This document shows, piece by piece, positions 10,218 to 20,132 of a DNA stretch of 64,000 nucleotides. The notes beneath the pieces are model-generated. The model saw nothing but the letters and a program-made list of their open reading frames with translations. It ran no database searches and was not told the origin of the DNA. The DNA is from a bacterium (GTDB taxonomy: Bacteria; Hinthialibacterota; Hinthialibacteria; Hinthialibacterales; Hinthialibacteraceae). The DNA lies in NCBI GenBank assembly GCA_963662285.2, contig CAXXMV010000002.1, forward strand, positions 192,001 to 256,000. Reading direction: 5' to 3'. Each line of letters opens with the position of its first letter. The stretch's first letter is position 1. Position numbers and translations under genes: made by a program.

Positions 10218-10331
10218 AACCAAAATTCATTGTCTACATTCTAGTACATTTGTTCATCTTTGTATAGTAATTTCTTGCCGATTCTCGACTATGATTTTAT
10301 GGTGGTTTTCATTATAACTTCCTGGTTCGCG

Positions 10332-10366
10332 ATTCGAAAAGCCATAAAAGATGGGCTTTTGCGAAT
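10332..10366 (-). terminator. Hairpin/terminator after the Ig-domain protein gene
   Basis: ATTCGAAAAGCC-ATAAAAGATG-GGCTTTTGCGAAT imperfect stem. Confidence 0.55.
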
Positions 10367-10414
10367 ACTAAACATGATAATGAATGAAAAAAGTTTTTTA
10401 ACTTTTTGATTTAA

Positions 10415-12925
10415 TTACAAGTTTTCAAGGATTTTCCAGAGTCTAAGATTATCCATCAGGATAGATGAGTAAAAACCTGCTCCGCCATGTTGTAGTAAGA
10501 TAATTGGATCCAATGCGGAATTTAGCGTCGCCATGTTACCGCCAATAATCATTTGTCTGGTTGTCTGCTTAAAAGGCAGGTTGACGGCATTTTCAAATAT
10601 AACGAAAGTATGCTTGCCGTTGCCTATGGCGAAAGCCATATTGCCTCCTTCGCCAAAATCCCGGCCGGTAAATATTTCGGCGATAAAGTTTGTCGGGAGT
10701 TGTTCTGTGGCGTTGGGGATGGTCACGGCGGCGCTGGCGGCGGTTTCATCGGGATCAACGGATAGTTTCAGGACGCGATTGGAGTTATGGAGAGAAATGA
10801 ATTGGATGCTCCCATCAACGCCATTAATGTTGGTTTTTAAGTTGCTTAAATCACCGTTAAAATCGCCTACGGGATCAATTATGGTAGAAGCGGATTCGAT
10901 TTCACCACTTTCTAATTCATCAATGATTGTGATGGGAGATGCTTTAAGGTTATCGAATACCAGCATGATCTCCCTTGTGGCGCTGGCAAGGTTTGCTACC
11001 TGTAGAGCTACTTGAAACCTTGGACTCTGCGGCATGTAGAAAAGATTTAGCTTATTTCCCGTTCCAGGTGAAAAAGCTTTATCCATAGCAAGATGATAGG
11101 CTAGTTGACCATCGATGGGGTAATTTAACCCGATTAGCGCAAATGAAGGATTTCCCTCGCCCGGCAAGACAGACACAGATAAAAATAGGTTTTTGCTGTT
11201 TGTGGAAAATATATCTTTTGAAACCAGAAACGCCGCTTCTCCCGGTTGAGCATTAACTACGAGTGAATTGCCATCAAATAAATTTACCTGCGGCGCCGCC
11301 GAAATGGATACAGTAGCCGGTTTGAAGCCCGGAGGCGTCAATACATCGAAAGTATTCTGGATAGTCAGGTTTTTATCGAAATCTAATTGTAATATTGTCG
11401 GCATCGGCGTTGGCGTGTGGGTGGCCGTTGGCGTTGGCGTAAAAGTCGGTGTTGGGGTGACTGGCAGGGGCGTTGCCGTCGCTGTGTAAGTTGCAGTCGG
11501 GGTGGGAGTAGGCGTAAAATTCGGATTAGGAGTCGGTGTTCTGTTCGGGATGCCTGAATTGTGAACGCCGATGAAATCAATTTCAAAGACGTTAGGAATA
11601 AAGCCGGGGTCTATTCTAATTGTCTTTATGTACTTAGGGTTGGGAAACAAGTTTCCGAAATCAACAGCTTGGGTAATAAAATCGGACTTATCAGGATCTT
11701 TTAGGGTTTTTGGACCGGTAAAGGCGCCATCTTTGGTTATAAAAAAAATATCGATTGGATTGGCGGCGGCCATAAAACTGCGAATAACTAATTTATGCTG
11801 TGAAAAAGTATCAATATTTAGACTGGAATTGAGCAGGATAGGATCATTTCCAGTAATCACGCCTTTCAAAACGCCATCTTCGACTTTTAGATAATCAATA
11901 TCTTTTATCGATGTCCAATTTTCAAAATCCCCATCATTTTCAAAATCAAAAAGTGGAGACATCGCCGCATCAACATCAATGACCAGATTATCATAAACCT
12001 CGGTAAATGAGTCGCTCGCCGAAACAATAAGATTATAACTTTCCCGGTATTGCTCTAATTTCGGAGTGAATGAAAAACGCCCGCTGGCAGAGTCAAACGT
12101 ACTGTTGGGCGGAAGTTGATTAATGCTATAAGCTAGTGGATCATTGTCTTTATCGGTAGCAAACGCCAATAGATTAAACGTCTGTCCAACCTGCACAATC
12201 TGGTCATCAGACGGAATAAGTACTAATTCTGGAGGACGATTGTCATTTAAGACCTGAATTGTCCTTGAAACAGAAACAATTTCATGGCCATCAGAGACTT
12301 TGAAAAGAACCGGGTAATCGCCAGCCTGAGTATGATCCGGTTTGAAGAGAATCTCGCCGTTATCTTTATTAATGACCATATTCTCAAGTATTGGATCAAT
12401 GCTGAAAGTCAATACATTATCTTCATCCGGATCAATCGCGATTATATTTATCGTAACGGACTCGTTTTCTTTGACAATTAATGTCCCGGGAAAACTTAAA
12501 TAGATTTCAGGAATCCGGTTAAGGTCGAGAACCTTAATAATGGCGGTTTCAGTTAGTCTTTCTTTTCCATTACGCGCTGAAAAGTTGAGTTCATATTCAC
12601 CCGATTGAACATAATCGGGGATAAAATTATAAATTCCTGTTAATGGATCTAATACGGCATTATCTAAAGAAGGATTGACGGAATAGACATAACTGCCTGG
12701 AGAAGGATTATCGACAGTAAGCCGTAGAATTATTGGCTCATTTTCTGTAATGGTTATAGATTGGGGATCTATTCTGAGCGCCGGTTCAGAAAAAGGAATC
12801 AATATATTCAATAGCAACGGGTGGATGCTGGCCGCGTAAATTACTGGATTCACCAAGGTAAATCCGATAAGCAATAGGCAATAACGCCAAATCTTGATCC
12901 CCACGAAAATCCTCCATCTTATCAA
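10415..12925 (-). CDS. Secreted/surface protein with tandem Ig/cadherin-like repeats and Pro/Thr linker
   Basis: Three repeats (NRxP..D.D.D.L.YS..G.F.F.P...Q.G.Y); TPTPTPTAT linker; hydrophobic N-terminus; start uncertain. Confidence 0.8.
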   Translation of the reverse strand: MIRWRIFVGIKIWRYCLLLIGFTLVNPVIYAASIHPLLLNILIPFSEPALRIDPQSITITENEPIILRLTVDNPSPGSYVYSVNPSLDNAVLDPLTGIYNFIPDYVQSGEYELNFSARNGKERLTETAIIKVLDLNRIPEIYLSFPGTLIVKENESVTINIIAIDPDEDNVLTFSIDPILENMVINKDNGEILFKPDHTQAGDYPVLFKVSDGHEIVSVSRTIQVLNDNRPPELVLIPSDDQIVQVGQTFNLLAFATDKDNDPLAYSINQLPPNSTFDSASGRFSFTPKLEQYRESYNLIVSASDSFTEVYDNLVIDVDAAMSPLFDFENDGDFENWTSIKDIDYLKVEDGVLKGVITGNDPILLNSSLNIDTFSQHKLVIRSFMAAANPIDIFFITKDGAFTGPKTLKDPDKSDFITQAVDFGNLFPNPKYIKTIRIDPGFIPNVFEIDFIGVHNSGIPNRTPTPNPNFTPTPTPTATYTATATPLPVTPTPTFTPTPTATHTPTPMPTILQLDFDKNLTIQNTFDVLTPPGFKPATVSISAAPQVNLFDGNSLVVNAQPGEAAFLVSKDIFSTNSKNLFLSVSVLPGEGNPSFALIGLNYPIDGQLAYHLAMDKAFSPGTGNKLNLFYMPQSPRFQVALQVANLASATREIMLVFDNLKASPITIIDELESGEIESASTIIDPVGDFNGDLSNLKTNINGVDGSIQFISLHNSNRVLKLSVDPDETAASAAVTIPNATEQLPTNFIAEIFTGRDFGEGGNMAFAIGNGKHTFVIFENAVNLPFKQTTRQMIIGGNMATLNSALDPIILLQHGGAGFYSSILMDNLRLWKILENL
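11401..11540 (-). repeat. Low-complexity Pro/Thr linker coding repeat
   Basis: GGCGTT/GGCGTG-type hexamer repeats encoding TPTPT. Confidence 0.8.
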
Positions 12926-13230
12926 TTGATCTTTATTTCTTTTCCATTATAAAATCAGACAAGTTATATTACAGGATATTATGAATTATTATTAGAATAA
13001 TTATTCATCCACTATATGTTTATATAATAGTATCTTTAGTGAGGTTGAATTTTTACATAATAAACGACCGGCAATTTCTGTATATTTTCTCTACAAACTT
13101 TTTCTTGAAAAAAATGGGAGAAAACAGTTTGTTTCATTGAGAATCAGCTAGAGTTTTGCTAGCGTATGTTATATGTTTGTTTTTAATAGATGTTATTTTC
13201 TGTTGTCTCTTTGATATGGGAAAAATATTC

Positions 13231-13575
13231 ATGAAAAACAGTGTTTTAATTAAGGTTATTTCGAAATCTACTCAACTTACTCAACGCAATTGCGAGCAAG
13301 TTCTTTCAATTGCTATTGATATGATTACCAATGCGCTTTCTGAAGGGAAATCCATCAAAATACATGAGTTTGGTTCATTTTCACTTCGTAATCATGCAGT
13401 AGAAAAACCCAATAACAATGGTAATCCCTCTTCCCATCAAACGCCAAAAGAGGCCATTTTCAATCCCGGAAAATCTTTTCGGGATGCGGTTAAAAAAAAT
13501 CATTTTCATGAGAAAGATAGCAGAAATAAAAGTTTGCAGCATTTTCCAGCCAAAAAATCAAGCAAACTGCTGTAA
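13231..13575 (+). CDS. HU/IHF-family DNA-binding protein (divergent)
   Basis: ALSEGKSIKIHEFGSFSLR..NP....F.PGKSFRDAV; likely ATG at 13231. Confidence 0.8.
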   Translation: MKNSVLIKVISKSTQLTQRNCEQVLSIAIDMITNALSEGKSIKIHEFGSFSLRNHAVEKPNNNGNPSSHQTPKEAIFNPGKSFRDAVKKNHFHEKDSRNKSLQHFPAKKSSKLL

Positions 13576-14577
13576 CGCCCGTTCTCTCATGGCATCTTCA
13601 TGGTTGAATAACGGAATATGAAGACCGGCAATGGACTTATAACTTTTTTCTTCAAGAGCATGAAGCCAGTGGCATAAAGCCCAGTTTCTCAGAGCTGACA
13701 AACCTTCCCAAAATAAAATGCTTCCTAATGTAATTTGACTATACTGCGCATAGCTGGCGGTGAATTGATTGGCCAGGCTGCGGTCTTTTCCTAACTGCAA
13801 TGACAGGGCGGTATGAGCCACATCCCATCTTGGATCGCCAAATGCGGCATGTTCCCAATCGGTTATGGTTCTGATTTTACCATTTTTCATTAGGATATGA
13901 TCCAGGTCGAATTGACCATGCAATAAAACATTGGGCAAAGGTTCAATAGTGCTGAGTTCTCTTCGGCATGCATCAAAACAGCGTTGTAGTTCATCACTCA
14001 TATTTTTCGAAAGACGAATCATGAGTTCTCTAACTACCTGGTCGGTTTTTACCGTTGGAATAAGTGGATGCCGGGCAGTAACGGCATAGTGCAATCTGGC
14101 CAGTTCTTCAGCTAGTAAATTCACCGTTTCGCCCTGCATCTGGCGTAAACTGTCTTCTATTTCCCACCAGCGCTGACCATCGCCGGGATCATGCAACAGG
14201 TATGGTTTGCCGAAAGGTTTGTCTGATGTGGTGAATCCATAAGGAAACGGGGCGGGCGTCCCCGCCTGATAAGCATGAAGCATCGCGCTGTATTCACGCG
14301 CTGGTTTGATGCGGTCCGCCAGATTCCATAATGAGAAAAGCCCATAATGAAGACGCAGAACCAGACGAATTTCCGTATCGCGGGATTGTAGAAAAAATTC
14401 ATAATCGCGATGCGGATTAACGCGATGAACTCGTGGTTTAAGTGAGTGAATACTCAGAGATGCTTCGTTGGGGAAGGCGTTCCTGCATACAGACATGAGG
14501 GCGTCTTCCAACCAATCAAAAGTCCTGAATTTTTGCGGATTTTCCTGATTCACTTTATTGTTATGTTGTTTCATCAA
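13558..14577 (-). CDS. Phosphotransferase (APH/choline kinase-like) family protein
   Basis: LARLH, LLHGQFDLDHIL (HGD variant), TDWEHAAFGDPRWD. Confidence 0.8.
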   Translation of the reverse strand: MMKQHNNKVNQENPQKFRTFDWLEDALMSVCRNAFPNEASLSIHSLKPRVHRVNPHRDYEFFLQSRDTEIRLVLRLHYGLFSLWNLADRIKPAREYSAMLHAYQAGTPAPFPYGFTTSDKPFGKPYLLHDPGDGQRWWEIEDSLRQMQGETVNLLAEELARLHYAVTARHPLIPTVKTDQVVRELMIRLSKNMSDELQRCFDACRRELSTIEPLPNVLLHGQFDLDHILMKNGKIRTITDWEHAAFGDPRWDVAHTALSLQLGKDRSLANQFTASYAQYSQITLGSILFWEGLSALRNWALCHWLHALEEKSYKSIAGLHIPLFNHEDAMRERALQQFA

Positions 14578-14683
14578 ATTTTTATTATTGAGTAATCATA
14601 AGTTATTAACGGTCAGACAGCAATCATTTTTAATGCAAACTTCTCTAAACCATAGACCTTTTATCTATTTTGGTTTAGAGAAG

Positions 14684-15595
14684 TCAAACCAAAATATTCA
14701 AAGCTGCGGGCAGCATGTCAACCTTAAAATGCCGGCCTTCAAGTATTTCGCCATCAATCATGAAATAATCAATGTTATCTATCACAATTTCGAAATCTTT
14801 TATTTTATCAAAAACGGCTTTTGGATGCTCAAGATGCTTGCCTGTCGGTAAAGAAAGGAAAAGTTTTAGCAATTGCCAGGCGGAAATATCTTTTGTATAT
14901 AGCAGATCGAAATACTCATCATCAACCAGTGATTGCGGCGACAGGTGCATTTCATAACCGGTATATTGAGAATTGCATACTGCCAATACGGGAGATTGAA
15001 CGGTAATGCCGCCGGTTAGTTCGGAGCTTAATTGCATCATATAAGACTTCATCTTAAAAAGAAGTTTAAGGAACGCCCCGTGATAAGCATATTTACCTAA
15101 CCATGAAAATTGCGTATGACGTAGTTTACATGCGTTGGCGATCAATCCAAAACCGATCATGTTGTGAAAATAAACAGGATTCCCGGACTCTGAATCCAAA
15201 ATATGAACGCATCCGATGTCAACCGGATGAACTTTTCCATCAACAATGCGTTTTACCGCTTCCTGCCATGTTCTGATTCCAAAATCCCGCAAGAAGGAGT
15301 TTCCCGTTCCCATAGGAATAATACCAAGTTTTATATTAGCTGCGCAGCCGCTGAGCATCACGCCGTTAATCACCTCGAATGCTGTTCCATCTCCTCCAAC
15401 AGAACAAATGATCGATTTGCCGGATAATGACAGGTCTTTGGCGATTTCTATGGCATGGCGTGGATGGGTGGTCCAAATAAATTCGGATTTTGTATTATTG
15501 GAATCAAAAAAAGATTGGATTGAATCAACCTGGTTGTGAATTTTGCCTTGAGCGGCTTTAGGATTTGCTATGCAATAAATGGCCTGATTGGTCAT
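14684..15595 (-). CDS. Diacylglycerol/lipid kinase family (YegS/DAGK-like)
   Basis: ANPKAA, VGGDGT..EVING, PMGTGN, IDGE. Confidence 0.92.
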   Translation of the reverse strand: MTNQAIYCIANPKAAQGKIHNQVDSIQSFFDSNNTKSEFIWTTHPRHAIEIAKDLSLSGKSIICSVGGDGTAFEVINGVMLSGCAANIKLGIIPMGTGNSFLRDFGIRTWQEAVKRIVDGKVHPVDIGCVHILDSESGNPVYFHNMIGFGLIANACKLRHTQFSWLGKYAYHGAFLKLLFKMKSYMMQLSSELTGGITVQSPVLAVCNSQYTGYEMHLSPQSLVDDEYFDLLYTKDISAWQLLKLFLSLPTGKHLEHPKAVFDKIKDFEIVIDNIDYFMIDGEILEGRHFKVDMLPAALNILV

Positions 15596-15822
15596 GTTGA
15601 GTTCCTGATATATAAAATAATATCGTTAAAAAAATTTCACTCGGATCATGTGAGTACGGTTTCGGGTTTACCGAGGACAAAATCACTGGATAATATGATA
15701 TCTCATTTAGAGTGCTTTTCAAAATAACGTTTGGATTCGTGATTCGGAAAAACAGCGCTTTTAATAAGCATGCAGTTTTGTAAACCACTATAATGCGCCG
15801 AATATATCACAAGGCGGCTTGA

Positions 15823-16932
15823 ATGAACATTACAATAGTATCTCTATGGGCGCAAAAATTATTCCGTAAGGAAGAACCACAGCCATTTGGGGGCGCAGAA
15901 CTGCAATTGGTCCTGTTGGCCAGGGAGATGGTTAAATTACCCGGCGTTAATATCCGTTTCATCACTCGCGGCCAGGGATCATGGGAAAAATTTGAATCTG
16001 AAGGCATAGAAGTTCATAAACTGCCCTATCGCATAAATCGCTTTACCCGCAGTATGCTTGGTTTTTGGGATTGCCTTAACTCATGCAGCAAAATACCTTC
16101 GGATGTTTATATTCAGCGGGGGGGGGGATTTGAGACTGGTATTACCGGACATGCCGCTTATAAGACTAATAAACCCTTTTTGTTTATGACTTCAAGCACT
16201 TGGGATGTTGACGGGACGCATGAAAAAGAGCGTGGTTTTCTCTATGGCCGGGCCTATATGCATGGTTTTAACCGGGCTTCATCAATTATCACCCAGACTG
16301 ATCATCAGCACGATCTTTTGATGAAAAACTATAATCGGAGCAGTTTAGTCTTGCGTTCTGCTCATCCTATACCTTCAGTATTGCCTGAAAATAGAGAAGG
16401 CGTGCTCTGGGTCGGGCGCTGTGAACCATGTAAGAATCCAGGATTATTTCTGAACCTGGCTGAAAAGATGCCTGATGTTCCTTGCACCATGGTCTGTCCT
16501 CCAGCCAATCTGGAGGAAATGTTTGAAGAGATTAAAACTAAAGCCGCTTCTATAAACAATTTACGATTTCTGCCAGGAGTTTCTTTCGATGAAACGGAGC
16601 GCTTGTTCGCCAGCCATCGCATAATGGTGAATACCTCGACTCAGGAAGGCTATCCCAATACTTATGTGCAATCATTTAAGTGGGGCGCCCCGGTGGTAAC
16701 CGCCCTTTTCGATCCAGATAGTATAATCGAACGTAATGGTATGGGATTGCGCACCGGAGATGATGTGGAGGCGATGAAGCGGTCTGTGCTTGCGTTGTTG
16801 TCCGATAACGAGCGCTGGGACGCATATAGCCGGAATGCCAGGAATTTTGCGTGTGAACAACACGACGCCAGGAAAATTGCAGCGCAATTATATTCGCATT
16901 TACAAGAAATTATTGAAAGACGCCATCAATGA
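15823..16932 (+). CDS. Glycosyltransferase family 4
   Basis: GGAELQ, WVGR....KNP, TSTQEGYPNT. Confidence 0.9.
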   Translation: MNITIVSLWAQKLFRKEEPQPFGGAELQLVLLAREMVKLPGVNIRFITRGQGSWEKFESEGIEVHKLPYRINRFTRSMLGFWDCLNSCSKIPSDVYIQRGGGFETGITGHAAYKTNKPFLFMTSSTWDVDGTHEKERGFLYGRAYMHGFNRASSIITQTDHQHDLLMKNYNRSSLVLRSAHPIPSVLPENREGVLWVGRCEPCKNPGLFLNLAEKMPDVPCTMVCPPANLEEMFEEIKTKAASINNLRFLPGVSFDETERLFASHRIMVNTSTQEGYPNTYVQSFKWGAPVVTALFDPDSIIERNGMGLRTGDDVEAMKRSVLALLSDNERWDAYSRNARNFACEQHDARKIAAQLYSHLQEIIERRHQ

Positions 16933-18122
16933 CCATAGAGGATAGTGAAAGAATAAATCCAGAACGGCTTATGGAAGAAGCCCGCAACGCTGCGGCGCAA
17001 GGCTGCTTCGATCAAGTCGAACAATATTTAAGCCGGATTCTTGAAAAAGAAACCTATCACGTTGAAGCAAATTCGCATTTAGCCTGGATTTATTCTCAAC
17101 AGGGTAAGTATGGGCGGTCCTTAACTCATTATGTAAAGTTGTTAATCAGGCGTCCCTGGGTATTGCAGGCCTATCTGAGGACGGCGCAGAGCGGCTGGTT
17201 TCTATGGAGAAGCGTTTTAAGCAGGTTGGAAGAGCGCGTGCCCCTGATTGGCATTATGCGTCGTCTATGGCATGTGATTGTAAGTTACTACGTATTCTTT
17301 CTTGCCAGGAAAATAGAAACCGTGCAGAGGCGTTCGCCAACTATATCAACGTGGATGCGGCATCATAATATTATCTCAAAATATGCCGGGATTAATTCTT
17401 ATGAATATTATAAAGTGCAAGAGATTTCCTTTGCTATTGAATGCATCGAAGGCCAACCCAAAGTGATTTTAGATATGGGTTGCGGGTCATCCGGCTTCCC
17501 GTCATTCTTATCATTACAGGGACATTCGGTAAATACGATAGATTTGGATCATGAAGGTTTATTGGTTCAAAAAAAACTCGCTGATATATTGCCGGATTGT
17601 TGCTTGCATGCTGCAAAGGGAGATTTTTTGAATCTTCCATTTAAGGGGAAATCCTTTGATGCGATCAGTTTAATCTCGTCAATTGAGCATATTCCGGGGG
17701 ATGGGGATATCCAAACAGTAAAAAATTTGGCTGGATTAATGAAAGATAACGGGGATTTGATAATAACCGTTCCTGCCGGTCCATACTATTTTGAGCAATG
17801 GACGTCTCATCAAATCGGGCATATTTATGCGGAATCCGGTTCAAAAAATGACGCCAAAGGTTTTTTGAGAGTTTACGATCCGGCTGCTTTGTCTGAGCGC
17901 TTAATAAAACCGAGTGGATTGAGAGTTGCGCGGCTTTCGTATATTGGCGAAAAAACCCAATGGGGATGGTTGGGATTGGGAAGAAACTTTATAAATGATA
18001 AGGGCGTTATCCAGCCGAGTATATTTCTCGGTCCATTGAGCATGATTTTTTCAAAAGAAATTGAGCAAGACGAATTATCCGATGCTCATTGGTCTGTCGC
18101 CTGTATACACTTAAAAAAATAG
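16929..18122 (+). CDS. TPR-like N-terminus plus class I SAM-dependent methyltransferase
   Basis: LDMGCGSS motif I, DFLNLPF, FDAI, SIEH; 4-nt ATGA overlap with the GT4 gene. Confidence 0.82.
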   Translation: MTIEDSERINPERLMEEARNAAAQGCFDQVEQYLSRILEKETYHVEANSHLAWIYSQQGKYGRSLTHYVKLLIRRPWVLQAYLRTAQSGWFLWRSVLSRLEERVPLIGIMRRLWHVIVSYYVFFLARKIETVQRRSPTISTWMRHHNIISKYAGINSYEYYKVQEISFAIECIEGQPKVILDMGCGSSGFPSFLSLQGHSVNTIDLDHEGLLVQKKLADILPDCCLHAAKGDFLNLPFKGKSFDAISLISSIEHIPGDGDIQTVKNLAGLMKDNGDLIITVPAGPYYFEQWTSHQIGHIYAESGSKNDAKGFLRVYDPAALSERLIKPSGLRVARLSYIGEKTQWGWLGLGRNFINDKGVIQPSIFLGPLSMIFSKEIEQDELSDAHWSVACIHLKK

Positions 18123-18302
18123 AAACAAATTCAGCAGAATATTGAATAATTAATAAAATAAAAACGGCGCAAAATAGATGCGCCGTCTCCTCGCTCAACG
18201 TCCTAAACCCTAAATATTCCATAAAGGAAAAAGTAATATGAATATTATGGCGCCATTTTCTTATTTAATCAATTGAAAAGATAATAAATCAATCGAAAAG
18301 AA

Positions 18303-18773
18303 TTAATCTTTATTAAGATCATTAATGGCTTCCGTCATTTTTTGGCGAAACGTGATTAATTTATCCGCTAAATCGGGATTTGATAAAGCCATCATTTGAA
18401 CAGCTAGTATTCCCGCATTATAGGCGCCATCAATGGCCACTGTAGCCACGGGAATCCCTTTGGGCATTTGAACCGTAGCATAAAGCGAATCTGCTCCACC
18501 AAGGGCGGAACCGGATAGCGGTACGCCAATAACGGGTAAGCAGGTTAAGCCAGCAACGCAGCCTGCCAGGTGGGCGGCCATTCCGGCGCCGCAAATGAAT
18601 GCTTGAACTCCCCTTTTGGCGGCGCTATCTATATATTGCTTAACTAATTCTGGAGATCGATGGGCGGATAATATCCTTGTCTCGTAAGATACTCCAAATT
18701 CATTCAAAGCGTTTTCTGCTTGTTTCATTTTTTCTTGATCAGAGGCGCTTCCCATTATAATCGCAATAAACAT
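18303..18773 (-). CDS. purE: 5-(carboxyamino)imidazole ribonucleotide mutase
   Basis: IMGSASD, SAHRSP, AGMAAHLAG, PVIGVP, VQMPKGIPVATV. Confidence 0.96.
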   Translation of the reverse strand: MFIAIIMGSASDQEKMKQAENALNEFGVSYETRILSAHRSPELVKQYIDSAAKRGVQAFICGAGMAAHLAGCVAGLTCLPVIGVPLSGSALGGADSLYATVQMPKGIPVATVAIDGAYNAGILAVQMMALSNPDLADKLITFRQKMTEAINDLNKD

Positions 18774-18785
18774 ATTAATTATCCC

Positions 18786-19079
18786 TGTTAATAACTAGTG
18801 GATTGATTCGTCTTTTTACAATTCTATAGTATTATTTTTAAGTATAAAGCGATAAGAACTAATGCAAGACCAACATATCTTTAATTGTTTATTATATCAT
18901 TATTTCTAACATAAATAATGAATAACAAGGGACTTATATGATATGTTATTAATGCTTTCTTAATATATGCATAAATTAGTAATATAAAATAAAGAGAAAA
19001 AACTATAACAAATATTTGAAAAAAAAGTCAAGTAAGGGTTGTTAATAAATTGTGGATTCGCTGTGCGGAATCTGGAAAA
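18786..19079. promoter_or_regulatory. AT-rich region with degenerate tandem DnaA-box-like 9-mers
   Basis: TGTTAATAA-nn-AGTGGATTG at 18786; TGTTAATAA-nn-TGTGGATTC at 19040, followed by TGTGCGGAA and TCTGGAAAA. Confidence 0.4.
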
Positions 19080-19307
19080 GAAGAGGGTAAGAGCATGATT
19101 AAAGATAAAAAGTAAAATAATTAATTTAAAAAAACAGCAGATTTAACTACGCAAAGTTAATAGATTCAATATATAAGAGAATAATAGCATAAGGTATTAT
19201 AATATTATAAATTATGCTATTCATAGTTTGCATCTAAAAAACATGATAAAATTCATTCTTAATTCATAAAAAAGGAGTTTTCTTGTACTTTTGATAGACA
19301 GACCTTG

Positions 19308-19335
19308 TTGACATCGCCGTATCCCGCAATATAAT
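19308..19335 (+). promoter_or_regulatory. Sigma70 promoter of tRNA-Leu
   Basis: Perfect TTGACA (19308) -16 nt- TATAAT (19330). Confidence 0.85.
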
Positions 19336-19372
19336 TCTTGGTCTGGTTATTTTCCAAAAAGATAATCTAGTA

Positions 19373-19455
<83 letters not shown>

Positions 19456-19554
19456 CATAAATTCGGTTATAATGCACATGTTGTTATATGTTTTAGTATA
19501 ATTATTTAATAAGATTTGCACGTAAAAAAAACATTGTAGAAACGAGGTCAGTCC

Positions 19555-19650
19555 ATGCCTTGCGGGAAAAAACGTAAAAGAGCGAAGATAGCAACTCATA
19601 AACGCAAAAAGAAACGCAGATTGAATAGACATAAGAAGCGCAAACGTTAA
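19555..19650 (+). CDS. Small basic protein, AURKAIP1/COX24 (bS22/mS38-like ribosomal protein)
   Basis: MPCGKKRKRAKIATHKRKKKRRLNRHKKRKR*; GAGG RBS; absent from the ORF track (<60 aa). Confidence 0.85.
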   Translation: MPCGKKRKRAKIATHKRKKKRRLNRHKKRKR

Positions 19651-19771
19651 TTTTTGGGTATCTCCCGTATTCTCTTGATAAGTTCTTTGATATAGTATAC
19701 TAAGAACGTGTTAGTGTATGTTTTTTTAAGTTAGCTGATTTATAATCATCTATGTTAAAGGCGAGAATCCT

Positions 19772-20071
19772 ATGGAGATAACGGAAGTCAAAGTATATCC
19801 TGTTCGCAAGCCTGATGATAAACTTAAAGCTTTTGTTACGATGATATTAGATAATTGCTTTGTCATTCGTGATATGAAAGTTATTTATGGTAACACTGGG
19901 CTATTTGTAGCTATGCCTAGCCGCAAAAAAGCGGATGGAACGTATGCAGATATTGCGCATCCTCTCAATACGGATATGCGTAAGCGTATGGAGGATCTGG
20001 TTTTGGAGGAGTATAAGAGAGTTATGTCTGAAGAAGGAGACGCAGTAAAAAATAATCCTTACGACGAGTAA
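19772..20071 (+). CDS. spoVG: SpoVG family nucleic-acid-binding protein
   Basis: MEITEVKV..LKAF..GLFVAMPSRK..DIAHP. Confidence 0.95.
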   Translation: MEITEVKVYPVRKPDDKLKAFVTMILDNCFVIRDMKVIYGNTGLFVAMPSRKKADGTYADIAHPLNTDMRKRMEDLVLEEYKRVMSEEGDAVKNNPYDE

Positions 20072-20103
20072 TAATAATTGGACTATATTCCATAAAAGAT
20101 AAG

Positions 20104-20132
20104 AAAAGCGCAGGGTTCGCCCTGCGCTTTTT
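20104..20132. terminator. Bidirectional terminator between spoVG and murI
   Basis: AAAAGCGCAGGG-TTCG-CCCTGCGCTTTT. Confidence 0.9.

Noticed and set aside
8262-10414. Integrative element at tRNA-Ser
   Set aside because: The PIN pair is on the 5' side of the tRNAs; no integrase or duplicated tRNA 3' end was seen
16117-16127. Poly-G tract in the GT4 gene as a phase-variation switch
   Set aside because: The gene is in frame and the tract encodes an RGGG motif; there is no evidence of variation without reads, though it could be checked
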